Source: a virus. Taken from it: DNA of 64,000 nt. Position numbers and translations under genes: made by a program. The notes beneath the pieces were generated by a model. That model was given only the letters and a program-made list of their open reading frames with translations. It was not told where the DNA came from and searched no databases. Positions 1 to 9,917 of this stretch are shown here, in pieces; positions within the stretch are counted from its first letter, which is position 1; each line of letters begins with the position of its first letter. The DNA lies in the IMG/VR virus record IMGVR_UViG_3300040802_000094, positions 20,956 through 84,955 of that record. One strand, given 5' to 3'.

Positions 1-888
1 CAACTCCCGCACAACCATTTTTGGCTGCTGTCTACCTCTCTGAGACCCGGGTTTCCCTGGCCGTCCAGGTTTTTGCCCGGCTCTGTTGAAATTTTTCGGC
101 GAGCTGAAACTGCCTTTTATCCTACAACTTCTCCTGCCGTTTTGTCTCGCGGCCTCGTCCCGACTACGGAGTTTTATTCCAATACTTCGTGGGGAATGTA
201 TGCGGGGCGAGGGAAAGTGCAAGGAGAATCCACCGTCTTCGTGCCGACATGCGATCGCCCTGGACTGGCAAAAGCCTTTGAAACGTCCCACTGCACTCCG
301 TCGCGGCGATCGTTCGAGGCGGACGTTAAAAACAACCCCTCTCGATTCGAGAAAGGTCGGTGGGGAAACCTCTGGTATCGCGAGCGGTTTTTTGTTAGAG
401 GGGTATGGGGAGAAATACCCGGAAATTGTTGGACGGAGAGATCGCGGTATCCGACTTGCGGGATTTACAAACAATTTTCGCGACGACAAGTTCGCGGGTA
501 TTTCTACGAAACGATTGAAGAGAATTCGCCAAAAGAGCGATATCCTCAAATAAGAGAGATGGCAACGGTCTCTAACTGGGAAATCTTGCTTACTTTAGGT
601 GGAGGACATGCGATCGCCTATCCTTCGGCATTCTTCGGGATTGACGAATCTGGCAATCGCGTGTCCTTTTTCTCTCCCGCGATCTCGCGCGGTATCCTCG
701 AATTTTCTATATCGGTCGGCCAGCAAGAGTGGTGTTCGGGGATCTCGTTGCTTTATAAAAAAGGAAAAATCCGACTTCACAAAGGGTTCGACCGCCCGAT
801 CTGTCTCGCTCCAAAAACGATGGGAGTATTTAGGGCAACGATTGAAATCGATTATATGGAGATCGAATATGATTCTTTTGGAGGCTAA
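1..888 (+). CDS. Hypothetical phage protein, 5'-truncated (frame open from base 1)
   Basis: Frame +1 has no stop from base 1 to TAA at 886-888; its end overlaps the ATG at 869 of the next gene, as in an operon. Confidence 0.6.
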   Translation, partial: QLPHNHFWLLSTSLRPGFPWPSRFLPGSVEIFRRAETAFYPTTSPAVLSRGLVPTTEFYSNTSWGMYAGRGKVQGESTVFVPTCDRPGLAKAFETSHCTPSRRSFEADVKNNPSRFEKGRWGNLWYRERFFVRGVWGEIPGNCWTERSRYPTCGIYKQFSRRQVRGYFYETIEENSPKERYPQIREMATVSNWEILLTLGGGHAIAYPSAFFGIDESGNRVSFFSPAISRGILEFSISVGQQEWCSGISLLYKKGKIRLHKGFDRPICLAPKTMGVFRATIEIDYMEIEYDSFGG

Positions 889-1843
889 ATGCCTTGCTTG
901 CGAAACAGATTTGACGCGATTGATCGTTCTCGCGCTCGCAGCAGAGCCGGAGGCGACAAAACCCGGATCTGGAACCGTCGAAAAGTATGCTGCCGACTGG
1001 CTCGAAGGTGGGAAGACAATCTACCGCGACGCCTCCGGTCGTTTCGCTTCGGGGGTGAAGCGAGAAATCGCGAAGCAAGCGATCGAGGATACGGGAAGGA
1101 AGGTCGCCCGAACGGCGCAGGACTTAGGGGAGTCCGCCGGAATCGCGATCGTCTCCATTCCGATCCTTGCGGAAATCGGCTTGGACGCCGTACGAAATTT
1201 GGCGACGAACCCGGATTTTCGTCGGCGTGCCGGACTGATGGCCACTCAGGCGATGGGGAGCGCGATCGCCGCTTTCGCGAAAAAGCTGTCGGAGGACTCC
1301 AAGGTTGCCAAGATTGCGGGAGAATACGCGGCCAGGGCGCAAAAAGAACTAGAAAAAGAATACGGAGCCTACAACAATCCAGTCACCCAAGCGGTGTGGG
1401 AAGCGCGATCGCTTGTGGACTCTACCGTACTGAGTCGCCCCGAAGCTAGGCTGAGGGGAGTCAAAAAGCAGCTTACCCTCGGAATTTGTCAGTACGTGGC
1501 TCTAGAGCAGGCGCTCAAAAAGCCGAGAAAAATTTCCAAGGATATATTGGACGTTTCCAAGGCATCTCTTTACGGAATCGTCATTCCTGCCGTCCTGCTC
1601 GGCAGCCCGATCGCCGGAGTGGGAGTCGGAACTGCATTGCTCCTCCTGTCCGTACCGGGAATCGAGTTGGCGAAGTCCAATTTGCTCGCCTATTTTCGCG
1701 AGAAGCAGAAACAGGAGAAGGCGCTAAGGGAGGCGATCGCCTCCGGGACGAAGACGGTAGAAGACGGTTTCAAGTTATCGATGGAAATTGCTAAAAAATT
1801 CATTGACGAGACGCTAAAAGCTATCCAGTCAAAAGGTTCGTAA
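869..1843 (+). CDS. Paralog 1 of the 'YxADWL...RDxSGRFAS' family; putative head-packaged/internal virion protein with C-terminal hydrophobic hairpin
   Basis: ATG 869; EKYAADWLEGGKTIYRDASGRFAS; CQYVALEQALKKPR; hydrophobic GIVIPAVLLGSPIAGVGVGTALLLL. Function is inferred. Confidence 0.75.
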   Translation: MILLEAKCLACETDLTRLIVLALAAEPEATKPGSGTVEKYAADWLEGGKTIYRDASGRFASGVKREIAKQAIEDTGRKVARTAQDLGESAGIAIVSIPILAEIGLDAVRNLATNPDFRRRAGLMATQAMGSAIAAFAKKLSEDSKVAKIAGEYAARAQKELEKEYGAYNNPVTQAVWEARSLVDSTVLSRPEARLRGVKKQLTLGICQYVALEQALKKPRKISKDILDVSKASLYGIVIPAVLLGSPIAGVGVGTALLLLSVPGIELAKSNLLAYFREKQKQEKALREAIASGTKTVEDGFKLSMEIAKKFIDETLKAIQSKGS

Positions 1844-1858
1844 CCGGGAGGGTTGACA

Positions 1859-2749
1859 ATGTCTTTCAAAACCAGAATTTCTCCATATTCTTGCACGATC
1901 GCGCTTTCGCTATCTCAACTGAGTACGTCGATAGACCTTCGGTCGGCAGGGACGAAGGAATACGAGGCCGATTGGTTAAAAAGTGGCGTCAAGGTACTGC
2001 GGGACGCTTCCGGTAAATTTGCCTCCAAGGCGGGAGATGCCACTCAGGCGGTAGGGAGTGCGTTCGCGGCAGTTCCCCTGGGGCTGGTGATTTCCGAAAA
2101 AATCGTACTCGACCTCGCGACCGACCCCAAGGTAAGGAAGCGTTTGGGGTTGATGGCGGGACAAAGTACGGCCAAGGCAATATCGAAAGCTGTCGAAAAG
2201 ATAGACAAAGACTCTGCTTTCGCAAAGCGGATGGGGGAATATGCCACATCCTTGCAAACTATGCTTGAAAAAGAATACGGGGAACAGAAGAGTCCTCTAC
2301 TACAGTCGCTACACGAGGCCGCACTCATCACTGGCGGCGATCGCTCAAAAAAGACGAAGCTAAAAGATAAGATAGAGTTCGCCGTTTGCCAGTACGCGGC
2401 CTTCCACGAAGCGTTGAAAGATCCGAGGAATTTAAAAGAAGAGGACATCAATCCAAAGTTCCGCAAGGAGGTAATGAACTTCGGAACCCGCACTTATGTT
2501 GAGGGAGTAGCGGTCAGCATCCTATTTGGCAATCCCCTCTTCTTGATAACGGGACTTCCGGCATTGCACATCATGTTTCCCGAGATAAAATCCAAGGTTA
2601 AAAAAGCTCGCCTCGATCGCTACGCAAAAGGAGCAGGCGAGGCCGAAGGGCTGTCGAAACAAACCCAGGCGATCGCCGAAGACCAGCGCAAGGCAATTGA
2701 AAAATTGCTCGACGAGAGGAAAAAGGAAGCGTCGGCAACCCGCGATTGA
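1859..2749 (+). CDS. Paralog 2 of the 'YxADWL...RDxSGKFAS' family
   Basis: GGAGG RBS before ATG 1859; KEYEADWLKSGVKVLRDASGKFAS; CQYAAFHEALKDPR; clear similarity to the previous ORF. Confidence 0.8.
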   Translation: MSFKTRISPYSCTIALSLSQLSTSIDLRSAGTKEYEADWLKSGVKVLRDASGKFASKAGDATQAVGSAFAAVPLGLVISEKIVLDLATDPKVRKRLGLMAGQSTAKAISKAVEKIDKDSAFAKRMGEYATSLQTMLEKEYGEQKSPLLQSLHEAALITGGDRSKKTKLKDKIEFAVCQYAAFHEALKDPRNLKEEDINPKFRKEVMNFGTRTYVEGVAVSILFGNPLFLITGLPALHIMFPEIKSKVKKARLDRYAKGAGEAEGLSKQTQAIAEDQRKAIEKLLDERKKEASATRD

Positions 2750-2793
2750 CGACAAGACGGATTTCAAGTAGGGTATCCATAAAGGAGATTTTG

Positions 2794-3834
2794 ATGAATA
2801 CAGTTTTTGCCATAAAAGCCGTTTCCCTCCGTCACGATTTAAGACGTCTGCAACTGTGCTGCGCTTCCAGCAGGATCGAGGCGGCGGAACTCAAGGAGTA
2901 CGACGCAGACTGGCTCGATGGAAAGAAGGTAATGCGGGATAGCTCGGGACGGTTTGCTTCCAAAGTGGCCGACACCGCCAGCCAAGTCTCTAAGGCGGCA
3001 GGAGCGATCGCGGAAGGCGTCCGATCTCTCGCGGAAGATGTCGGTTACCTGTCTCAATATGCGGGTCCCCTCGCTACCGCCACGGCGCGAGGGGTAATGA
3101 ACGCCGTTTCCGACCCTAGATTCTTGAAAAATCTGGCTCTGGAGGTCGGCAGCCGTGCGGGAGATTTGTATTTGGCGATCGGCGAAATGATTGGAGCGAT
3201 AGACAACCCTGTCGCTCAAGCTGCCGCGATTCCTCCGTTCGTCGCCGGAACCTCGCTAAAGATGGCCTTCGGAGCTGGCTTGATGTCCGACTACGGCTCG
3301 GCTGGCAGCGCAACGCGGCAGGCGGACAAAGATGTTGCGGAATACATGAAGTCGAACAACAAGCCGGAAGATAAAAAGAAGAAAGTTAGAAATTTTCTAG
3401 AGAAGCAGATCCTGGGATTTATCGCTTTTGAAAAAGCACTGGAACACCCCAAGAATGTAGAAAAAGCGAAGGAAAACAAAGAAGAAAATAAGAAGGCGAA
3501 GTTGCTCGGACATGCGGCCTTCGGTGGCTTTTGTGGCGGGATGCTCGCGTTAACCGCGATTAAGAACGGACTGATGAGCGCCGCTCCCGCCACGTCGATC
3601 CCCGCAATCTTGATTCCGGCGATCGGCGCTTCGCTCTTCAAAGGACTCGATAAGGATACCAGTGCGAACCTGAAAGAGTTCCTTCAAAAATGGCAGAAGG
3701 AAGAAAAGGCTGCTAGGGAAGACGGCGTTTCGGAAGAAAAGATCCAGAAGCAATCCCTCGACTTCATGAAAAAGTTTTTCGCCCTCGGGAAAGGCGCGGT
3801 GGACAAGACGGTGGATGCCGCGATCGGCGCATAA
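2794..3834 (+). CDS. Paralog 3 of the 'YxADWL...RDxSGRFAS' family
   Basis: AAGGAG RBS before ATG 2794; KEYDADWLDGKKVMRDSSGRFAS; FIAFEKALEHPK; hydrophobic hairpin near the C-terminus. Confidence 0.8.
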   Translation: MNTVFAIKAVSLRHDLRRLQLCCASSRIEAAELKEYDADWLDGKKVMRDSSGRFASKVADTASQVSKAAGAIAEGVRSLAEDVGYLSQYAGPLATATARGVMNAVSDPRFLKNLALEVGSRAGDLYLAIGEMIGAIDNPVAQAAAIPPFVAGTSLKMAFGAGLMSDYGSAGSATRQADKDVAEYMKSNNKPEDKKKKVRNFLEKQILGFIAFEKALEHPKNVEKAKENKEENKKAKLLGHAAFGGFCGGMLALTAIKNGLMSAAPATSIPAILIPAIGASLFKGLDKDTSANLKEFLQKWQKEEKAAREDGVSEEKIQKQSLDFMKKFFALGKGAVDKTVDAAIGA

Positions 3835-3867
3835 AAAAACCACCCAAAGTCGGGTGGCCGTGGCTTT

Positions 3868-4290
3868 TCAGCATTGAATTCTTCTGGCGATCGCCAGACA
3901 TTCCGGGGTGGGTTTTCCGTCGCCGGGAATTTGCAGTAAATGGACGGGAACCTCGGTCTCCAAAATGCGGCGACGGATCTTGGGCTTGAGGTCTTCCCAC
4001 CTTTGCTTGTCGCTGAGGGGGAAGTCAAATTCAAGTCCCGTCAGTGCGAACTGGTTCGAGACGAATTCCTCGATCGCCCCCCAGCGCTTCCTTCCGTCGA
4101 ATATTTCCAACAAGTTGTCCGAAGAATACAGCCAAAATTGACCGATAGGGACTCGAATGGCGATCGATTCGATAAATCGGCTTTTCGCCTCCCGGCTCCA
4201 CCCCTCGCTTCCGGGGTTTCGAGCCGTTCTCAAAAGTTCGGCGATCGATATAAACCGACTTTCAATTCTAAGGGTAGTGGGATCCATCAA
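3868..4290 (-). CDS. DUF262 (ParB/Srx-fold, GmrS-like) domain protein
   Basis: WSREAKSRFIESIAIRVPIGQFWL and IFDGRKRWGAIEEF match the DUF262 W...S.LI.S...P and DGQQR motifs, in degenerate form. Confidence 0.75.
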   Translation of the reverse strand: MMDPTTLRIESRFISIAELLRTARNPGSEGWSREAKSRFIESIAIRVPIGQFWLYSSDNLLEIFDGRKRWGAIEEFVSNQFALTGLEFDFPLSDKQRWEDLKPKIRRRILETEVPVHLLQIPGDGKPTPECLAIARRIQC

Positions 4291-4448
4291 AATCTCCTTT
4301 GTGGATACCCCGCCTGAAATCTGCGATCCAGGCGGGGGTTATTGACATACTCTTTGATTCAGTCAACTCCATATCTGAAGTGCGAAACAGGTTATGGAAA
4401 TAATATATGGCGTAGTGTAATATTCGCAGTAAAATCAATTCATAGCAA

Positions 4449-4871
4449 ATGAAGGTAATTCATGCATCGCATCTTGGGGGCATAAAATCAGCCCCCGATG
4501 TTTTGTATATGCCCGAGTGTCCGGAAGGACCTATTGTTTCCTATTGGAGGTACAAGGCCCTTCGAGGTGAAAAGGGCAATCTCAAAGACATGATCGAGAA
4601 CCGTAAGGGGAGGGTCGTGTTCTTTACCCTGCCGGGGTGGGTCCCGTGGCCTTACGGCGACATTTACACGCTGGATCTTCCCGACGAACAAGAGTGTTTC
4701 GCCGGGATTGCGTGTTTGAAGCACGTTCGGACGACGTTAAAACGTGCCGAAGAAGCTATTTTTACTGCCAACCATCTCCATCCCCTTTTGTGGGACAACC
4801 TTCATCACTTGGAGATTGTCATTCCCTGCGAGTGGTTCGACAGCAAGGGAATAATATTCCCGAAGGAGTAG
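4449..4871 (+). CDS. Hypothetical protein
   Basis: 140-aa ORF after an AT-rich promoter-like region, followed by a terminator hairpin. Confidence 0.65.
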   Translation: MKVIHASHLGGIKSAPDVLYMPECPEGPIVSYWRYKALRGEKGNLKDMIENRKGRVVFFTLPGWVPWPYGDIYTLDLPDEQECFAGIACLKHVRTTLKRAEEAIFTANHLHPLLWDNLHHLEIVIPCEWFDSKGIIFPKE

Positions 4872-4900
4872 CGGCCATTAAGCTTAGGTCGGGTACTGAC

Positions 4901-4934
4901 AAAAGCCCCCATATCAATCGATATGGGGGCTTTT
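4901..4934. terminator. Bidirectional intrinsic terminator
   Basis: AAAAGCCCCCATATC-AATC-GATATGGGGGCTTTT. Confidence 0.75.
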
Positions 4935-5047
4935 GTCTTTAGGGGGGCGGTTCAAATTGAAGCGATCTTCCTTGTAAGTTGGATGGGTGCGGGACGATCG
5001 CGATCGCGCCGGAAAAGGAAGCCCCTGTGGTACGATTGGAGTCAATA

Positions 5048-7619
5048 GTGCGATTCGTTCGGGAATCAAATAGGGCTGAAATGCCCGAAATAACCTCCCG
5101 GTAGGGCTTTCATCCCCTTGGATGAATATAAGGGACACACCCCCTGACCAGCCTTATAACTATCCATAGGTTCCAAAGTTTGGTATCACAAGATACCAAA
5201 TGAGGTCGGAACTCTCAAGGTCAAAGGGAAAGTTGGAGAATCTTAACAATTCTTAACAATCCCCGAGAGAGGAGGCGATAGCCACCCCCAGTTTTGGGAC
5301 TCACAACCCCAGGATTGAAGCGGGGAACGGAAGGCATGAGGTGGAACCTGCCACCAATAACTGACCACTGCCAACCATCTATGATTAACCGAAAGGTGAA
5401 CGTCTGACATGAACCCTCGATACAATCGGGTATCCAAACCAGGTTGAAAGGATGCTGCTCGAATGAGCAAGTGGAAAGATGGGATGCTTGTTGCCATACC
5501 CATACAGACCTTCAAAGTACACCGGGGGAGAGGACGAATCTAAGGATGGAATACCCCTATGGATGGAACGAAGTAACCCCATAATGGCTCTTGTTAAATG
5601 GTCGATTAAGCAAGTAGTGACGGCAATAGCCAAAAGTGTAAGCGTATGCCATATGGGGGTGAGATGTGACCAGAAGCCAATGCCTGAATGTAATGTCCAG
5701 GATACGCTGACAGGTCACGGTTCAGTTGTAAGATATGAGGCTCCAGTAGCAATTTAATGACGAAATCTAGAACATCAAAAGGCTTTGGAAAACCAAAACC
5801 CAATGACACTAAGAATGTATGGAAAACTGTCAACTGGGCGAAAGTCCAACGACAAGTTTTCAAGTTGCAAAAGCGCATCTATCAAGCGGCTCAATCGGGG
5901 ACTGTTGCAAAAGCTAGAAGGTTGCAAAAACTCCTTTTAAAGTCATACTATGCAAGGCTCCTTGCGGTTAGGCGCGTAACCCAAGATAACCAAGGTAAGA
6001 AAACAGCCGGAGTAGACGGGGTAAAATCAATATCCCTGAAACAAAGGTTAGAACTAGCTGAGGAAATCAAAGGAAACTTCAAAGCCAAACCCCTTCGGAG
6101 AGTATGGATACCAAAACCTGGGCGGGAGGAAAAACGCCCCCTTGGTATCCCCACAATCCGAGATAGAGCCAAGCAAGCCTTGGTCAAGATGGCATTGGAA
6201 CCCTTTTGGGAACCATTATTTGAGGGAACAAGCTATGGGTTCCGACCCGGACGCTCAACTCACGATGCCATAGCAAGAATCTTCTTAAGCATCAACAATG
6301 GGAATTATTACGTTCTCGATGCTGACATTGCTAAGTGCTTCGACCAAATTGACCATGACTACCTACTATCCAAACTTCGTTGTCCAACGACCATCAGGCA
6401 TAATATCAAACAATGGTTAAAAGCCGGGGTCATGGATAATGGTGTATTTGACGATACGAAAACAGGGACACCCCAAGGAGGGGTAATTAGTCCACTCCTC
6501 GCCAACATTGCACTGGATGGAATGGTGAGGTACATCAATCAAATCTTCCCTAACAAAAAGGGGCAGAAGATTAAAGCAACTGTCGTCAGATATGCTGATG
6601 ATTTCGTGGTCATCTCACCGGAACGCGAAATCATTGAACAGTGCCAGATTGCCCTATCCGAATGGTTAAAGCCCATCGGACTCCAACTCAAACCAGAAAA
6701 GACAAGAATTTGTCACACCCTTCAAGAAATTGAAGTAAACGGCGAAATAGTCCCACCTGGTTTCGACTTTTTGGGGTTCAATATTAGGCAATTCCCAGCC
6801 GGAAAACACGTATCCGGAAAGAGCGGTGGCGCAGCCAGTAAATCACTAGGATTCGTCACCCACATGAAACCGAGTAAAAAGGCAATCAAAGCCCACACCG
6901 AAAAGGTTAAAGAGGTGATAAAGAAACACAGAACATCACCTCAAGCCGCCCTGATAAGAGACTTAAACCCTGTCATCAGAGGATGGTCGAATTATTACTC
7001 AGGGGTAGTCTCAAAAGAGATTTTCGGAAAACTGGATAATACCATCTGGTTACAACTTAGGGCATGGGTAGTATCGAGATGTGGAAAGGTAGGTTACGAC
7101 CAATTCAGTAATTATTTCCGACCAGGAACAGTAAAAATTGGGAACGGTCAGGAAAGACACGAAACATGGCTATTCCAGACAAAAGATGGACTAACACTCC
7201 ACAAACATAACTGGACACAAATAATCAGACACAAGCTGGTCAAACCTGAAGCATCACCGTATGACGGAAATTGGACGTACTGGGCAACTAGAAGGGGAAC
7301 CGCTATTGGAACCCCGCAGCGAGTAGCAAAACTGCTGAAAAAGCAGAAAGGAAAGTGCAACCATTGTGGTCAGTATTTTACAAGTACAGACTTATTGGAA
7401 ATCGACCACATCACTCCTCAAAGCCTCGGCGGAAAGGATGATTACAAGAATCTCCAATTGTTGCACCGTCACTGTCACGACCAAAAGACTGCCCTAGATG
7501 GTAGTCAAAGCCGTACCCATAACAATGGGACAAATGGACTAGGAGCCGTGTGAGGTGAAAGTCTCATGCACGGTTTTGAATGGGAGGGGGAGATGGTAAC
7601 ATCTCTCTCGACCCCTAAT
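5048..7619 (+). mobile_element. Group II intron (IIB, chloroplast-like/cyanobacterial class), apparently complete
   Basis: 5' end GTGCGATTCGTT at 5048; domain V GAGCCGTGTGAGGTGAAAGTCTCATGCACGGTTT at about 7543-7576; domain VI ends ...CCCCTAAT at 7619; encloses the RT ORF; more AT-rich than the flanks, with no HIP1 seen. Confidence 0.92.
5757..7553 (+). CDS. ltrA: Group II intron reverse transcriptase/maturase with HNH endonuclease
   Basis: RVT_N (W..VNW.KVQRQVFKLQKRIY), KTAGVDG, RPLGIPTIRDR, SYGFRPGRS, GTPQGGVISPLLANI, RYADD, X domain LNPVIRGWSNYY, C-terminal CNHC...EIDHI...NLQLLHRHCHD. Confidence 0.97.
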   Translation: MTKSRTSKGFGKPKPNDTKNVWKTVNWAKVQRQVFKLQKRIYQAAQSGTVAKARRLQKLLLKSYYARLLAVRRVTQDNQGKKTAGVDGVKSISLKQRLELAEEIKGNFKAKPLRRVWIPKPGREEKRPLGIPTIRDRAKQALVKMALEPFWEPLFEGTSYGFRPGRSTHDAIARIFLSINNGNYYVLDADIAKCFDQIDHDYLLSKLRCPTTIRHNIKQWLKAGVMDNGVFDDTKTGTPQGGVISPLLANIALDGMVRYINQIFPNKKGQKIKATVVRYADDFVVISPEREIIEQCQIALSEWLKPIGLQLKPEKTRICHTLQEIEVNGEIVPPGFDFLGFNIRQFPAGKHVSGKSGGAASKSLGFVTHMKPSKKAIKAHTEKVKEVIKKHRTSPQAALIRDLNPVIRGWSNYYSGVVSKEIFGKLDNTIWLQLRAWVVSRCGKVGYDQFSNYFRPGTVKIGNGQERHETWLFQTKDGLTLHKHNWTQIIRHKLVKPEASPYDGNWTYWATRRGTAIGTPQRVAKLLKKQKGKCNHCGQYFTSTDLLEIDHITPQSLGGKDDYKNLQLLHRHCHDQKTALDGSQSRTHNNGTNGLGAV

Positions 7620-7641
7620 CAATGACTCATTTTATTGCCCT

Positions 7642-7674
7642 ACCCCGGCTCGTTATTTTGCGAGCCGGGGTTTT
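7642..7674 (+). terminator. Terminator-like hairpin in the leader of the tail/lysis operon
   Basis: ACCCCGGCTCG-TTATTTTG-CGAGCCGGGGTTTT, 18 nt before ATG 7693. Confidence 0.6.
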
Positions 7675-7692
7675 GTCTTTGGATTTAAACTT

Positions 7693-9915
7693 ATGCCCGA
7701 CGACGCTTTAAACCTTTCGGACAACGACCTAGGGGTTTTTCCTATTCCGGCGCAATCGCCAGACGACGTGCGCGCCCTTCTCGCAGAAGAGCTGCAACTA
7801 GACCTACTGATCGCGCTGCGCAACCTACAGCAATCTCGTCCGCCCGCCGCCTGGATTCAAAGCCCCGGACTGCTCGAAGACGAAGGACTGGTATCCCTCA
7901 ACGGACGAGCCATTTTCCCGATTTACCCCGCAAGGGAAGTGGCGATCGATACTTCCGTCCAGATTCCCTTGCTTCCCGATGCGGTTGCCTCGGTCGTTCG
8001 AGAGGACTTCCTCTCCCTCGTGGCCGTCGTCGCAGAAGTAGGGGCGGAACAAGATCCCAACCTCGGCGACTTGACTTTTTACTACAACGTCGATCGCCCC
8101 GACGGATCGGTGGAGGTCGAGCAACGGACGAGTGAAAATGCCCGGAGACTTAGGGTCTTTCTGATCGTATTGCTATCCCCCCACTTTCCCACCAAGGAAA
8201 GTGTCAAGGCTTTGTTGAGGGCGCAGCACCCCGAAGACGTCGAAGACGCCTATCACCTGACGATCGCCAACAAAGAAAAAGAAGGGTTCGCGATCGCCGA
8301 TTCTCAGATATACGCTTTCGACCCGCACTTCCTCGAAAAGACCTATCGCATTTTCCCCGACTACTTAGAATTTTTGGGGATTTGCAAGGTTCGGCGATCG
8401 AAAAATCATTCTACTGGCGGCTACATCCCCGACGACGGAATCAGCATCCTCCCGTCGATCGAGCTGACGGATGACAATACGAACCTCATCGTCCGCCGAC
8501 GCTGGATCGAACTTGCCACGGGCATGAATTTGGCGGGGGATTACTTGCTTTCGGTCAAGAATCTGATCCCCGGAGCGATTTCTCAGCACCAAGGGGCGGA
8601 GGGGGAAACGGCCATTTCCCCGAACGGAGCCGGGGTACTGGCCAACGGCCAGAGGACCTCGTTTTCCAACCAGGCGATTTCGGATCGCCGTTCTTGTTTC
8701 AAGACGATCGCCACCAACGATGGGAACGATCGCCCGATCGTCGCGATCGAGGTCAAACCTAACTCTCCTGTCGGGACGAGGTTCAGCGATCGATCGGAAA
8801 TGCATCGAATTTACTCGATCGATGGAGTGGAGCAATCGAAGCTCGGTCGGTTCGCCCGTATTGGCGGGAGTCACGGCGTCCTTTCCTGGATCGGCGGCGA
8901 GTATTCGACGATCCGCCCGGGAGATCCGTGTTACTTCGCGCCTTGCATCAACTATCCTGCCGGATCCGGATTTTCCACTGCATTCAAGTCGGTCGAAAAA
9001 GTATGGTTTCACCTTCAAGAAATCCATTCCGACAATATTAGAGATGCAAGCAAAAACGACGTCCTAGAATACGAAGATCCGGCTGGCGACGAAGACTACA
9101 TCGTCGTCTGGTCTTGGGATCGGTCTGCAATTCACTATATTTACAAAAAAATAGAATTAACTGCGAATAGTTTTGGTGTTATTTTTGCGCCTTCCGAGAT
9201 CGGAGGAAATATCGCTTTCATCGAGGGGATCCAGACCGACGGTCGGCATCGAATCGACGCCCCCGTGGCGAGGGGGCTGGTACCGAACCATACCTATCGA
9301 TGCTTAGTCTATTACCCACCCAAGCCGGAAGACCTCTGGCAATTTCTGTTGAAGTATCCAAGGTATGAAGGAATCGGGAGAGAGGAACCCGATTTTTTGA
9401 ACGGTGCGGAAATTATTTCCGATCCGATCCTGTTCGTCCATACCCAAGGGGGTGGCAATCTCGTCTATCGAGGGGATTCAACTTATCGGTATTCCCCGAT
9501 CGCCCGCTACCTTCCTCGTCTGTCGGAAAATATTCCCTACCCCGACCACTCGCTCTACGGGCCGATTCATTTCTTCGGTGCGAACTACCCGGGACCCGTT
9601 ACTTGGGACGAGGCGCAGATCCAGGCAGCACCCGGAGTCGCACTGCCGATGCTCGGCCAAACCTTGGCGACATTTTCAAGGCAAAACGTTCACGAGCGAT
9701 CGCTCAATGTCGCCCTCGCTTTCGGCGGCAACGTCTTGGGTTTCCGTACTCCCTCGATGGCGCACGACCATCCCTTTCAGAGCGTGCTGATCTTTGCGGT
9801 TAAGAAGGAAAATGCAGTGCGCGTGGCGATCGCCACGCACAATAACGTTGGGGGGCAGACGGCGAAGCTCGATACGGATCTCGGTACGGCTATTGATATC
9901 TTTAAATTGGTGTGA
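7693..9915 (+). CDS. Hypothetical phage structural (tail/baseplate-associated) protein
   Basis: 740-aa ORF, first of a tightly coupled operon; no family recognised. Confidence 0.7.
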   Translation: MPDDALNLSDNDLGVFPIPAQSPDDVRALLAEELQLDLLIALRNLQQSRPPAAWIQSPGLLEDEGLVSLNGRAIFPIYPAREVAIDTSVQIPLLPDAVASVVREDFLSLVAVVAEVGAEQDPNLGDLTFYYNVDRPDGSVEVEQRTSENARRLRVFLIVLLSPHFPTKESVKALLRAQHPEDVEDAYHLTIANKEKEGFAIADSQIYAFDPHFLEKTYRIFPDYLEFLGICKVRRSKNHSTGGYIPDDGISILPSIELTDDNTNLIVRRRWIELATGMNLAGDYLLSVKNLIPGAISQHQGAEGETAISPNGAGVLANGQRTSFSNQAISDRRSCFKTIATNDGNDRPIVAIEVKPNSPVGTRFSDRSEMHRIYSIDGVEQSKLGRFARIGGSHGVLSWIGGEYSTIRPGDPCYFAPCINYPAGSGFSTAFKSVEKVWFHLQEIHSDNIRDASKNDVLEYEDPAGDEDYIVVWSWDRSAIHYIYKKIELTANSFGVIFAPSEIGGNIAFIEGIQTDGRHRIDAPVARGLVPNHTYRCLVYYPPKPEDLWQFLLKYPRYEGIGREEPDFLNGAEIISDPILFVHTQGGGNLVYRGDSTYRYSPIARYLPRLSENIPYPDHSLYGPIHFFGANYPGPVTWDEAQIQAAPGVALPMLGQTLATFSRQNVHERSLNVALAFGGNVLGFRTPSMAHDHPFQSVLIFAVKKENAVRVAIATHNNVGGQTAKLDTDLGTAIDIFKLV

Positions 9916-9917
9916 TC

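Noticed and set aside
86-868. ORF 86-553 and the 599-868 N-terminal extension of ORF 599-1843
   Set aside because: Both overlap the frame +1 ORF that is open from base 1; paralog alignment places the true start at 869.
5757-7553. DGR or retron reverse transcriptase
   Set aside because: It has X and HNH domains plus intron 5' end, DV and DVI; no TR/VR pair or msr/msd was seen.
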